From positions 806,001-870,000 of the forward strand of contig NW_025767010.1 in assembly GCF_003918875.1 (NCBI RefSeq): a DNA stretch of 64,000 nt. The letters run 5' to 3'. A program made the position numbers and the translations under genes. A model generated the notes under the pieces. That model was not told the DNA's origin. It worked only from the letters and a program-made list of their open reading frames with translations, and ran no database searches. This document shows positions 42,131 through 54,709 of this stretch, in pieces. Within the stretch, counting starts at the first letter, position 1. Each line of letters opens with the position of its first letter. The stretch comes from Haliotis rubra (Eukaryota).

Positions 42131-42237
42131 GGCTTAGATTTTCGAAGCTCTCTTAGCGCTAAGATAGTCGTAAGTGCCATACATTAACATTAACTTACGA
42201 CTATCTTAGCGCTAAGAGAGCTTCGAAAATCTAGGCC
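42131..42237. mobile_element. 107-bp palindromic MITE (CTTAGCGCTAAG family, Harbinger-like)
   Basis: About 45-bp near-perfect inverted arms; CTG TSD. Confidence 0.9.
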
Positions 42238-42747
42238 CTGGTCCGTCCAAAAGGCGTGATCTTAAGCCCAATTCCAACGTGGCTGCCTGTGATATGCTGG
42301 CTCCTTGATCGGAGGCCAGCTTCGCGTAGAAGATTCACACTGAGTAGAAACGTTAACGCCATTGGCGTTCCGCTGGTCATTTCTGAGTGTGTGGGGCAGT
42401 CATTAAGCAATGTCGTCTTACTACGATCAGGAGAACCTGTTTTCCCCGCTGTGTGACAGAACGCTGTCGACCACCAACATGTCGTCTGGTTGCTGATCCA
42501 AACACCTGGTATCAGTACCATGGCCTAATGATATGACACTTTGGATGCCACCAAAGGCCGTTACAAATGTGAGGTTGTGTTATTCCAGTTTCAAACTTGT
42601 CTATGCATCTGCCTAACTTTTCTATTGTCGTCTTTGACGATAAGTGGTTGCAATACCAACTACCAAGTGTTACTAGGTTCTCTGACAATTACATTCATCT
42701 ATACCTTCCCTTGCTGTATGTCTCTGTCTGTTCATCGCGAAATTGAG

Positions 42748-42905
42748 ATGAGTGAGTATGGTTCTATCCCGCATTTAGCAATATTCCAGCAATATCAGGG
42801 CGGGGGACACCGGAAATGGGCTTTACATATTGTACCCATGTGGGGAAACGAACCAGGGTCTTCCGCGTGATGAGCGAACGCTTCACTAGGCTACCCCACC
42901 GCCCC
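42748..42905 (-). mobile_element. SINE-A with TSD
   Basis: TSD CGAAATTGAG. Confidence 0.9.
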
Positions 42906-43093
42906 TCGAAATTGAGGTCCGGGTGGGGTTACCCAATCATTATGTATAGGGATATTTCAATTTTTATTTGTTAGATGAATTTCGATATAATGAAAATGTA
43001 ATCTTTAGCAAACTTTGAACAGTAGATAATTAAGTACTGTTATTCAAATATCCACTGTGTAGGATAAAGTGTGTGGTTTCACTTCAAAATGGT

Positions 43094-43342
43094 CACCCCT
43101 GAAGGTCTGGGTTAGAATGAACCTTCAGTAACCCATGCTTGTCCTAAGAGGCGACTAACGGATCCGGTGGTCAGGCTAGCTGGCTTGGTTGACACATGTC
43201 ATCGATTCCCAACTGCACAGATCGATGCTCATGCTGTTGATCACTGGATTGTCTGGTCCAGACTCGATTATTGACAGACTGCCGCCATATAGCTGGAATA
43301 TTGCTGAGTGCTGCGTAAAACTGAACTCACTCACTGACTCAC
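43094..43342 (+). mobile_element. SINE-B copy, full length
   Basis: Homology; flanking duplication CACTTCAAAATGGT. Confidence 0.9.
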
Positions 43343-43621
43343 TTCAAAATGGTGTTTCTAAGAGTAATTGTTTATTCAAAATCCAATCAGTGATGAGACA
43401 ACTTGTCTTGTAGGACCCTTCAAATGAAAGTGTTAGTTCAAGATCTATGAACAACCTTGAAGATCAACTGAAGACAAGAAACAATAACACAACAATCAGT
43501 TTAAAAGTGTACATACATGGAGATTTATTCTCTGAAAGCTCCACAACAAAGTGTCACAAATAATTTACACATCTGTATTATTCATCTGAAATCAAAAATA
43601 TTGGGAAGTTCTGATAGTGTC

Positions 43622-43760
43622 CTATCTAAGCCAGAGTTTCAACCTGAGAGCATCCACACCATTCAAGTAATATCGAAACAGTCGTTTGTCTCGGGACAAA
43701 ACCCAGGTTCTCATACAGTCGCAATGCTGCCTTGTTTGTGATCTCCGTCTCCAGGACAAC
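43622..43760 (-). CDS. NAA30: NAA30 last exon [22 protein letters not shown] / [23 protein letters not shown], with a 1-nt frameshift
   Basis: The conserved C-terminus lies in the +1 frame after GTCCCGA; AATAAA about 95 nt downstream. Confidence 0.93.
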
Positions 43761-43826
43761 CTGAAACAAAGGTAAACATGACCATATTAGGGCAACAGAC
43801 AATTCTATACACTCCAAAACATCCAG

Positions 43827-43933
43827 GGTTCTGTTTCACAAAGCAATTTTAGGACTATGACTGTCATAACTCTATGTTAAAGTATAGGAGATACGATAGT
43901 GGTAGCACTATGATCACTTTGTAAAACGCGGCC
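43827..43933. mobile_element. Older member of the palindromic MITE family
   Basis: GGTTCTGTTTCACAAAG...CTTTGTAAAACGCGGCC; CAG on both sides. Confidence 0.65.
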
Positions 43934-45074
43934 CAGTACCTCAAAACAAACACAAATTGACATCAAGAAATTCTTGTCTTTATTTCTTTAGAAATTTAGT
44001 ATTTTCTCTCAAGATCCTTCACACTGGATACCAGTAGTTGTATTTGGGCAGTCAAAATAATTCAGTCTCTTGGGAACATTCTATTGTGTAATTTCAGACC
44101 AATGAGTGCACATTTTTCATAAACCTATTCCTGCAAAAAAGTGCAGTTTAACCTGGCTTCTTATGTGTATCTGTTCATGTGCTGCACCAGTGTGAGTAAC
44201 ATGTCAAACACACCACTGCAATATACCCCTGTACCTTTATTTAACAATAAGCGAAATGTAGCACCCTCCTTAGTGAGTTAGGGAGTATGGTTTTACTCAA
44301 TATCACAACGGAGGACACCAGAAATGGGCTTCACGCATTGTATCCATGTGGGGAATTGAACTCAGGTCTTCATCTCGATGAGCAGACGCTTTAGCAATTA
44401 GGCTACCTCACCACCCTTTTAAGCGTAAAAAACTGCAGTTGTATACATGGTTACAATATGACTCTTAATCCAACCTTGCATTAATCCACACAGCATTGCT
44501 TATAAGTGCAGAGTAGAATATGTCTGCAAAGAACTGTTTAAAACCGTGACAAACATTCCAATCGAATGCTTTGTGGAGAATGAGTAAACAAACTTGAAAG
44601 CTGACTACAAGACAAAGATCGTAGATCTGAGAATAAGCATTGATAAGTAATAAAGCCTCTCCATGTGTGTTGGGATGTGCCAGCCTTTGATATACTCGTC
44701 AAGAAAACAGAAGCTGGGCTGCATGGGTGGTGTCTCTCTTGACTTGGTGGAGTACTCAGAGATGCCTAGGTCGACACAAGTGAGTAGAAGTCTGAATGTC
44801 CATTAGGCAATTTCTGGTCTTTGAATGACATAATGCTATTGCTATATACTTTTTAAAACTGCTGCCTAATACATCATGATGTAGAGAGTTTTTGTTTATT
44901 TTTTTGAAGTGGGTATTTCCACTATCAAAAGTGATGCCAACATGTTGACAGATGCACAGATGGATGCATGCACGCACACACTAATAATTGCATAGCACCA
45001 ATATCCAGCCCAGCTGCTCAAATGTGCTTTGTTTTCACTCGATCGTTGGACGTTAATCTCAAGGGCACATTGTC

Positions 45075-45200
45075 AATCTTTTCAATCTTAACTCCCTGGG
45101 GAGCACACAACTCTTGCAGCCACTAAGCCCACCAAAATAATGTGGTTTTCCCATCCTTATGAGGTACCCATTCACAGCTGGGTGCACTGGGACACAGTCA
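45075..45200 (-). mobile_element. Old CORE-SINE-like remnant
   Basis: Minus strand CCAGTGCACCCAGCTGTGAATGGGTACC and TGCTCCCCAGGGAGTT resemble CORE-SINE segments (recalled, not aligned). Confidence 0.5.
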
Positions 45201-45463
45201 TAGTACTTTGTCAAAGTTTATTGCACGTTGCTGTACTTTATTTGGCGAATGCGAATCTTCAAATCATATAGCTTGTATATACTTTCACATAAATTCAAAA
45301 TGTTATATTTTTCCCTACTTGCAGTAACATTTCCAGTCACTTCACCTTAATCCATATAAATGTTACAGTTTCCATGACCTTAAAAAAGGGTTTGACTTTT
45401 TTTGCTTAGTGAACATTGGACATCCCCCATGAAGAGACAGTCTAACAAATCTTCAATACTTAC

Positions 45464-45519
45464 TTCATCACAGTCATCAGCTATCATGGCTCTGATTGCC
45501 TTCGTCACTAAATTGGATC
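45464..45519 (-). CDS. NAA30: NAA30 exon (GSNLVTKAIRAMIADDCDE)
   Basis: cctcag/gtaagt boundaries; phases consistent. Confidence 0.95.
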
Positions 45520-46134
45520 CTGAGGAAAATAAACAAACTAATTAGGAATGGATAATAATAGTGAAAGACACATTTGAAACAATAACAATGTCCTTTCCTC
45601 TGATCTCAAATGTGCACAACAACATTCACAGACATACACAAGGTTTTTCACAAACCAGATAAGAATAGTGTAACACAAAACATGTATACATAATAATATC
45701 ATTGCCAAATGACATCTAATAGATTTGCAATAAACTACATAAATTATTTAACAAACATTAAGTCATCATTAAATTCAAAAGTCTCATATAAATGAGAAGT
45801 GAAAATGTTGGGTTCTAAAACTGCTCTTAGCATCATTCCAGCCACAAAGTAGCCCATCTTGGGTTACCCCAGCATCGACCACATAAATGATGATTACATT
45901 CACTTACAAGGCTGTAACAAAACTGACATTAGCTGTATGACAGCTGCCCTGAAAATATTCAAGTCGTGACCAGACAATTGAGTGAGTAATATTGTGAGCA
46001 AAGCTCCTTGTAATTGAAATATGTGATGAGTAACCAACCACCCAGTTAAAATAATTCCCCATAAGGCAAATGGTGAATTATCGGTACCAGTATGTTACGA
46101 AAGAGAGGGAAGTGGGGTAGCCTAGTGGTTAAAG

Positions 46135-46484
46135 CAGGGCTCCAGATATTTTTTAACATCAGGAGTACGTACTCCATATTTTTTTCACTACAGGAGTACT
46201 GGAAAACCTTAAGAGTACATTTAGAGTACTGAGTGGAATTTAATGGCGTATCAGTAATCTTGTGTTTCGTTTCATATATGCACCACAACATTGATAGTCT
46301 TGTGTAAACAGGTCAATAAACAATAAACCAATATTTTTTTCAGATAAATACGTTTGTAAATGATTCTAAGACCGTACACCATTGCTGTGGTGCGTACCTG
46401 CTACATTTTCTAAATTATTTGCTACCGGATCGTGCATATTTTGTATCCGTACATACGCCGATGCGGCCCTTATCTGGAGCCCTG
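46135..46484. mobile_element. Second copy of the same MITE, inserted in a SINE-A head
   Basis: Same TIRs; TSD TAAAG; the SINE resumes after the element. Confidence 0.92.
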
Positions 46485-47048
46485 TAAAGCGTTCACTGGT
46501 CACCCCAAAGACCAGGTTCGATTCCCCACACAGGTACAATGTGTCAAGTCTATTTCTGTTGTCCCCCCACCATGATATTGCTAGAATATTGCTAAAAGCA
46601 GCGTAAAACTAAAGTCACTCACTCACAACAGAGAAATACCAATAAAATGAGATCTCTCATTAGTTGATGTATAAGGGCAATATTTCGAGGAAACAGTTTG
46701 TATGTGCGCATGCAGAACATGTTAAATTGTGAGTCTGTAAAAGAAACAAACTGTTGCAGATACTGTGAATTTGTTTTCATGCATGTGACAATTACATGCC
46801 CCAAACAATGTGCAATATGTGTTTATCTCTCACTAAACCTCATAACCACTTCCACTTTCTTGGTCTGCTTATGAGAGAAATAAACATCTCCACCAAGCCA
46901 TAGAACCAGTTATAACTATAGGAACAGCAATGGGGAACATTTTAATTTCATATTTGGAATCTTCTTGGCATTTCCCACAGACTTGGGGCCTCTGAGGTCT
47001 AAATAAATATACATAGGAAAATACTGAAACCTAATTACCCAAAATGTG

Positions 47049-47215
47049 GAGTGAGTGAGTGAGTATGGTTTTACGCCACTTTTAGCAATATTCCAGCAAT
47101 ATCATGACAGAGGACACCAGAATTGGGCTTCACACATTGTACCCATGTGGGGAATCGAAATCCGCCTTTGGCGTGGCGAGCGAACACTTTAATCATGAGG
47201 CTACCCCACCGCCCC
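47049..47215 (-). mobile_element. SINE-A with TSD
   Basis: TSD TACCCAAAATGT. Confidence 0.9.
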
Positions 47216-47908
47216 TACCCAAAATGTATATGAAACTACTAACAAACCTTTATAGTTTGCAATGTAAATTGTTAATACAGTAACCTGTGGCTACATTGAA
47301 ATCAAAGGGATCACTAACTTTAGTTCTGTATACAGTAGGAGTAGGTCACATTTCAACCATGTCAACTGCAAGTGGCAGGGAAAACCCCAGAGTTTGACAT
47401 CAGTTCATTATAACCCAGTTCTGTTATCTTCTTACTTAGCAGGCTCAGCATACATTGATACTGTTATTCTTATTTCATATACTTCTTTAAATCTTTATGT
47501 TGCTCAGCAGGGATTGTTATTGCTAGTTTAATGTCGAATACATCTTAAATCTATATGTTACAATACTAAATGTACAACAATCTTATGCTGTTATTCTATC
47601 ATAGCATCTGATGTAAAACAAATTCCCTCTTGGGCAATAAAATATTATTATCATAAGTGTGTTTGTTATAGTTTACTGTAAATCACCAAATTATGTCATA
47701 GTTTATATGCAAATGAATTATACACAATTAACACATGAATGACTTAAACATCACATGTAGTACAAAAGAATTCAGCTTTAGTTCAATTTCATATTGGTAA
47801 TCACTAATCAGTCTTTCTACTTATGATATTTCAGATTATCAATCATTTTAGCCACCTTATCTATTATCATGCTGAACAAAAAACGTGAGGCATTAGGTCA
47901 TAGCTCAC

Positions 47909-48032
47909 CTATTTTCCTTCTCCTATAATCTGCATCTATAGCTAGCATGGCTATGTAGCCTCTACGGACCATCTTCTTGTGCATGTCTAGCTTGCAGACA
48001 ATAGCCCCTACACACTTCTCCTGGTCCATTGC
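47909..48032 (-). CDS. NAA30: NAA30 exon ([42 protein letters not shown])
   Basis: GNAT motif A; canonical splice sites. Confidence 0.97.
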
Positions 48033-48833
48033 CTGGAAAAGTAAAAAATAAAATTGGGAATCCTGGAGAGGCAGGTTATAGGGCTTTACCACATGAAATG
48101 AAAAGACATTGGTATGGTGAACCTGGAAGTCAAACTTATGTTCAAAGTATTGCTCAAATCAAATACAACTGTTTACTCACTTAAATAAAATGAATGTTTC
48201 CTTTCTTCTCAGAGCAAATTCAGAAAAGTTCATCCGAATTTTCGGACATACACAAACATACACAATGGACCATGCAAGGTAATCAATGGAATGTGAACAT
48301 GAGTTCAGACTTGGCATTCAAAGCATGTGTTATAAGAAATATTTACCCTTAGCATAAACAGAATAGTGAAATAGACAGGAGAGCTTTACATATATATTGA
48401 TACAATAGTTAGACTTTGAAAGGCACCTCCTTTTCCAGTTTTACATTTCAAACAATCAACAGACTGATGTTTACCTGCCCTAGGACAGAGCACATTGTCT
48501 ATGGTAATAGCAGAAGATTAGAACGTGCATCAATTCAAAATGTCATTCCCAACTGATGGAATGTTTTCAACTCTGATCTGCAAATAACACAATTGAAAGA
48601 AATTTATGAAATATTAACATCAGAAATTGCAAAATAGCCACCAAAACTGCACTGACCAGAGAACCATTCAAAATTAAGTATCACAAAAACTCCTTACACC
48701 TGATTAGAGCATAGACCAAAATACTCTTATAACATGCAACATACAAATCTATCCATCAATGTGCATTCATGTACAAAGGCTTACCACTGCAGTTGTAAAT
48801 AGTGCATGTGAATCAAAATAGCAAATCTCTTAC

Positions 48834-49352
48834 CAGGAAGCACAGTTTGGGCCAATTATGAATGAAGTATCTGTAAGTATAAATTGAATAAGGTTCTGAC
48901 AAGTCTTTCGTAATGAGCCTCATTATATCTGGCATCTGTTTTTCGGATTCATACACAACATATTCAATGCCTTCTCTAATGTCTCTTTGAGATACTGGTG
49001 AAAGTTGAGCTTGTTGGGACTGGCTTGACACTGACAACGACGATAGGCCAACTGCCACTTCGGACACATCTGTATCAGGATGACCATGTTCACAGTCTTG
49101 GCAGCTACTTCCTTGGCCAGAATCGCCACTCTCTGCTTGATCATATTCTTCTGGGGCTTTCAAAATGTGATTTATTAACCCATTTGCCTCCTTCCTGTGT
49201 TTGATTTTGCTGTTTAGCACTAATCCATCAGCTGGATTTTTCACAAAATCGACCTTAGTGAGGTCCTTAGTTTCGCTTGTCTCGTTCACATTTGCAACAG
49301 TTTGCACATCAGATTCTATTTCCGATCCTCTATCTATAATATTATCAGCCAT
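48834..49352 (-). CDS. NAA30: N-alpha-acetyltransferase 30 (NatC catalytic subunit), first coding exon
   Basis: Low-complexity N-terminus then [31 protein letters not shown]; donor CTG|gtaaga. Confidence 0.95.
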
Positions 49353-49440
49353 GGCTATAGAGAAAGTTTGATTAATATGCCATTATTATGATTCATTAGT
49401 ATATTATAACTGAGTCTAATTGTTGATTTACAATCATTAC

Positions 49441-49810
49441 AGAAACGTGACTCAGTTTTTCCTCCATGTTGTTGTCCACCATTGCAGCACTCTCAAGAGC
49501 GCATGCGTGAATTGATGTGATTCACTTCCTTCGTCAGATTACAACGCAGTAGTGAAAATAAGATATTAACATCACAACGTTATTTCAGGGAACGAATTGT
49601 ACCTCGTGGTGTTCCATGGAAACGCAACTAAACATGCCCTCTCGATGAGGCAACAAAAATATAAATATCAGTAAATACTATTTCTTTATTTTTCTTCGCG
49701 GAGGATTTTCCACCAGAGTTGTTTGGTCACTTCCGGAATAATAAGCTGCATGTGTTACTGAGGTCATTCATGTAACTTGGCATTCCTTACTTAGCGATAG
49801 GTAATGTAGT
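49441..49810. promoter_or_regulatory. Bidirectional NAA30/COA6 promoter
   Basis: Divergent ATGs about 800 bp apart; NRF1-like GCGCATGCGT 49499-49508; ETS CACTTCCGG 49728-49736; probable COA6 5'UTR donor at 49801. Confidence 0.65.
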
Positions 49811-50158
49811 GTTTATTACCAATATAGACGCAACTGATACATGAATGGAATAATTTAAAGTAAATAATTTCGTTTTATTTAAAAAACAAATAATTTTGCT
49901 AAAAGAAAACAGCATGACATTGACAGTTGATGCAATAGTATACCAGTGCATGGTCTCTTGTCCAGGTGATCCACAAAGCAACAGTACACCATGTATTACT
50001 AGAAAACAGTTAATTAAACTTATGGAGAGTAAAATATATTTGACATGGTCAGGTGTTGGACCCCTGATAACAAAAGAATGTTGACAAAAAGTGGCAGATT
50101 AATGGCCTGTCTTGTACTCACGTAACTCTATGTAGTTTTATTTTCAGAATATTGAGAA

Positions 50159-50305
50159 ATGTCTCAAGCACCGAATCAAGAAGCGAGGAAACAGTGTTGG
50201 GGTGCTCGAGATGAATACTGGGCATGCTTGGAAAAGTCAAAAGAAGATGTGTCAAAATGTCAAAAAAGTAGAAAGTCATTTGAAGAGCTGTGCTCAAGAA
50301 CATGG
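50159..50305 (+). CDS. COA6: Cytochrome c oxidase assembly factor 6, coding exon 1 (MSQAPNQEARKQCWGARDEYWACLEKSKEDVSKCQKSRKSFEELCSRTW)
   Basis: CX9C-CX10C; CWGARDEYW motif; donor TGG|gtcagt. Confidence 0.95.
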
Positions 50306-50555
50306 GTCAGTGCTAACAAAACGATGAAATAAGTTCTACAACTGGAATAATAACGTACATTCGCAGGTTTGAATGCATTAAACTTTTCTTGAACAATATA
50401 ACTATGCATCAAATCAAATGTTAATAAGCTAGAGCAGTTTTACAAAATAATAGACAAGACAACAAGCATATGAATGTTCAGTGATTTTACCAATCTTCCC
50501 ATGCCTATGAGTAAATGGTTAAGATGCTTAATCAAATTGTTGATTTCTTTTTCAG

Positions 50556-50651
50556 GTAAAATACTTTGACAGACGACGTGATTATTTACGTTACAAGGAG
50601 AAGATTGAAAAAGAAGGTTTTGAACCAGCTAAACAGCCACAGCCTAAGTGA
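50556..50651 (+). CDS. COA6: COA6 coding exon 2 (VKYFDRRRDYLRYKEKIEKEGFEPAKQPQPK*)
   Basis: WVKYFDRRRDYL matches COA6; tttcag acceptor; 80 aa total. Confidence 0.95.
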   Translation, partial: VKYFDRRRDYLRYKEKIEKEGFEPAKQPQPK

Positions 50652-51747
50652 TAAAACTTTGAAGAGAAAACAAGAATATGTCTGAATGAGTGTATGTGGT
50701 AACTGAGCAACTGTGAATTGGTATATTGGGACTCTTTTGTGCCCAAGTTGAAGAAAAGTAGTGACAAAAGACAGTTTAGCAACATATCTTCACAGTGATG
50801 CTTGTGTATAGTCTGTTATTTTGTTGTTCCTATAGAAAAAATGCATCATAATCTGTAGTCTTTTAGAGAACTTAAACAGCAAGAGAATATTGTTTGGTAA
50901 TAATGTTCCCTGATGTTTGATGGTCTTTCAAATAACATCATATGCTTACTATCTGAGTGTTAATGGAGGCAAGAAGCAGTGTTCTTAGTTATTATCCTTC
51001 AATGCAAAGGTTATGAACAAAATAAACTCTTACTCGTCAGCCTTAGATGGATGACATTAATAATGTAGTAAGGACCTATCCCCAGTGATGTCTGTGTTCA
51101 GCATCACCAGCCATGTCTCATCACATACATCTGACAGAAGAAAATGCTTGAGTTGTGGTGCAACACAATTGTCTGTTATAGCATGTTTACAGATCATCAG
51201 GTCCTTTTAGGTCCTTTCTATATAACTGTAATATATTGATCATAAAGATTTTTTATATCTTCTGGAGTCAAATTCATTTCTTTTTCAAGAACTGATGAAA
51301 AATGTGGTTAAATGTAACAGGTTATATTTTGGATTTACAGCTTTCAGGAATTGTGCCACTTTACACTTGTCAGAGGGGTACACAAAGTATGTGATCTACA
51401 CTTTCAGTTGTCAGACTTCCATTTTTTGTGGAAGCCAGAATGTCTGAGTTGGTTAGATTGCTGACTTGGTGTGTTGGCGATTAGGTGTCTCACTCTGAGA
51501 GTAGGTTTGAATCCCAATCCCAAAAAGTTCTAGAACCTGTACAATACTGATAAAGTGTAATCCCAAATATAATGTCTATATGTTAGGCTGTGAGATTGTT
51601 GAAATATTTCTTGGGATATCAACAATGAAGACTTGTAGAATCCCCAAAATGTATATTATTTGTGTCTGTTCATAATTTGTATACCGGTATTTGAATGCAG
51701 CACAATTGGTTCTCTTACAAGCATAACACACCAATTGAGCTAAGAGG

Positions 51748-52086
51748 TGAGGTGAGGTGAAATTGGATTTAACGTCGTGCTTGAGAATATTTCGCTCATA
51801 TGACGACGTGCATGCACGTGTGTCGTATGTGCGGCTGCTTGTACTAGCCCAGACTTAAGCTGGTTTTATAGTGCTAGCCCACTGAGATACCATGCCGCAG
51901 TGAAGCATGGATACCTCACTCAGACACATTATACTGACTTCGAGACGGCCAGTCCTTGTTGTACCCATTAATGCCGAGCGCCAGGCAGGGACCAACAAGT
52001 ACCATATTTTAACGTCTTTTGGTATGACGCGGTCGGGGATCGAACCCACGACCTGACGCTCTCACCACTACACCACAGAGGCGGTC
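51748..52086 (-). mobile_element. SINE family C with TSD
   Basis: TSD AATTGAGCTA(A/C)GAGG. Confidence 0.9.
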
Positions 52087-52289
52087 AATTGAGCTACGAG
52101 GCACTGATTCCCAGAAAGAAGTAATACATGCATGATCAACCATGTGCATTAATCGGTGCCCCTACCAAAACTTTCAAATAGAATCCCTGACCGTGATTTG
52201 TGAATTGCAACAATGTCAACCCTTGGCAACCCTTTGGCTTAACACCTGCAACAAGTTTTTACCATTTGTGTACCGTTAATACCTTTCAG

Positions 52290-52551
52290 CATAAGATCCG
52301 GGGTAGAATAGGTCTTCAGCAACCAATGCTTGCCACAAAAGTGACTATGCTTGTTGTAAGAGGCGAGTAACAGGATCGGGTGGTCAGGCTTGCTGACCTT
52401 GTTGACACATGTCATCGGTTCCCAATTGCGCAGATCGATGCTCATGCTGTTGATCACTGGATTGTCTGATCCAGACTCGATTACTTACAGACTGCCGCCA
52501 TATAGCTGGAATATTGCTGAATGCAGCATAAAACTAAACCCACTCACTCAC
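52290..52551 (+). mobile_element. SINE-B variant with a duplicated hairpin module
   Basis: ATGCTTGCCACAAAAGTGACT followed by ATGCTTGTTGTAAGAGGCGA. Confidence 0.85.
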
Positions 52552-53779
52552 CTTTCACTTTCAGCATATTGTTTGTACAGGATAGAAATGGTGTTTCGAC
52601 CTTGACCTCTGACAAGGATAAAAGTACTGATCATGCTTATGGAGAAGCTAAAGTGGATCAGAATGCGTTGTATTCTCACAATGTAGGGGTCCATAGCTGG
52701 GTTCAAACAAACACAATTTCAGAAAAAGGACATGCAGAAATATTGAACAGGCACCTGCAAAGTATATGGGTCAAACATCAAAAAGCACCACAAGAAACAT
52801 GTACTATGGTACTCTGCAAATCATATCCCTACACATGCAAATTTATAACAATTCATGCAACAGTGGATGAATGATAAAAATATTACATTTTCAATATGGC
52901 TTTAATGTTTAAACTCAGACAGGAATTCTGTGAGCACTTTTTAAAGACATCATAGCTAGGACCATTACAGCATTTCAGCTCCAAAGCTCAGGAGTTTCAG
53001 AGTGGATGTCTAAATAGAAGCAGTTAGTGAAAGACCTGCCGAGGTCTAACTACAACATAAGCTCCACATGCCTTGCAGACCTAAATCTGCAGCAAGGAAA
53101 GAAGTACTGAACACAGCATCATGGTGGGCAAGACAAACAACTCGAGGAACATTGATTATGTTTATTTGTATTTTTTAACAATGACAATCTGCCTGCTATA
53201 CAATCAGTACAAACACATGGTTGAAAGGATGATGTAAATTCAAACAGCGCAGGTGTTTGTTGATAACTTATTATTCATATCAAGAGTATAAAACTATACA
53301 ATACTGTATTACTGGGGACAATCAAGGTCATGGGGAAGGTATCTAAATCCCATTCTTGACAAGAAGTGGGTGGTGTCATAACCACCAGACTTTATCATCG
53401 AGATGGGTTTTTTTACATATGTTTCATGGCACAAACTGGATCACCAGTTACAAACATTTATGTCTTCCTTTTGAAGTTACATATCTTGTAAACAAGTCAG
53501 TTCTCATATTATGTAATACTTTTGTTAATTTCATCAAGTTCAAAGTATGTTTAAACTATATCAGTGATGAAAACTAATAAAGAGTATCTACTCGGCTGAA
53601 TGGTTAAAGAGTATCTACTAGCCTGAATGGTTATAACAGGGTAAAACACCCCCATCCCATCACTAAATGTATGAAATTTTACAAGCCATTAGGATACTTT
53701 TAACATTAACAAAACCAAACAAGACTAGCAGGCTGGTGGTCTTGTCCATCCCTCATATGGTTCAGACAGACATTTAGAG

Positions 53780-54178
53780 GGAGTGAGAGAGTTTAGTATT
53801 ACGCCAAACTCAGCAATATTCAAGCTATATAGCGGCGGTCTGTAAATAATCAAGCCTGGACCAGACAATCCAGTGATCAACAGCATGAGCATTGATCTAT
53901 GCAATTGGGATACGATGACATGTGTCAACCAAGTCAGTGAACCTGACCACCCCAATCCCGTTAGTCGCCTCTTACAACAAGCATGGGTTACTGAAGATCA
54001 ATTCTAACCTGAATCTTCACAGGTTTTTAGAGGGAGTGAGTAAATATAGTTATACAATATTGCAGCAATATTACGGCTGGGGACACCAGATAATGACTTC
54101 ACACATTGTACCTATGTGGGCAATCAAACCTGGATGAGACGAGCAGATGCTTTAATCATGAGACTACCCACACCACCT
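53780..54178 (-). mobile_element. SINE-B (53780-54023) adjacent to an old SINE-A (54030-54178)
   Basis: Homology. Confidence 0.85.
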
Positions 54179-54357
54179 CTGCAGGTAGAAAACTCGAGTC
54201 AAGAGATATCACATGGATTGCAGCTTGACTTAATATATTACAGTATATACTAATAAACAGTGACATATTGGAAGTGATACAAGCAGGAAGCTACAAAATT
54301 AACTTTCCTCATTTGTAACTTCCACTGCTATGAATTGCAGTCTTGTAATTACCAACG

Positions 54358-54709
54358 GGTGAGGTGAGGTGAAATTGGGTTTAACGTCGTGCTTGAGAAT
54401 ATTTCGCTCATATGACGACGTGCATGCGTGTGTATGTGTGTATGCTTGTACTAGCCCAGACTTAAGCTGGTTTTATAGTGCTAGCCCACTGACATACCAG
54501 GCCGCAGTGAAGCATGAATACCCTACTCAGACACATTATACTTACTCTGACCCGACCAGTCCTTGTTGTATCCATTACTGCCGAGCGCCAGGCAGGGACC
54601 AACAAGTACCATATTTTAACGTCTTTTGGTATGACACGGTCAGGGATCGAACCACGCGACCTTCTGCTCTCAGGGCGGACGCTCTAACCACTACACTACG
54701 GAGGCGGTC
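54358..54709 (-). mobile_element. SINE family C abutting element D
   Basis: Full length; homologous to the other two copies. Confidence 0.9.

Noticed and set aside
43189-43413. Recurrent MLMLLITGLSGPD ORFs (1061, 27464, 52390, 53725)
   Set aside because: Translations of the SINE-B body
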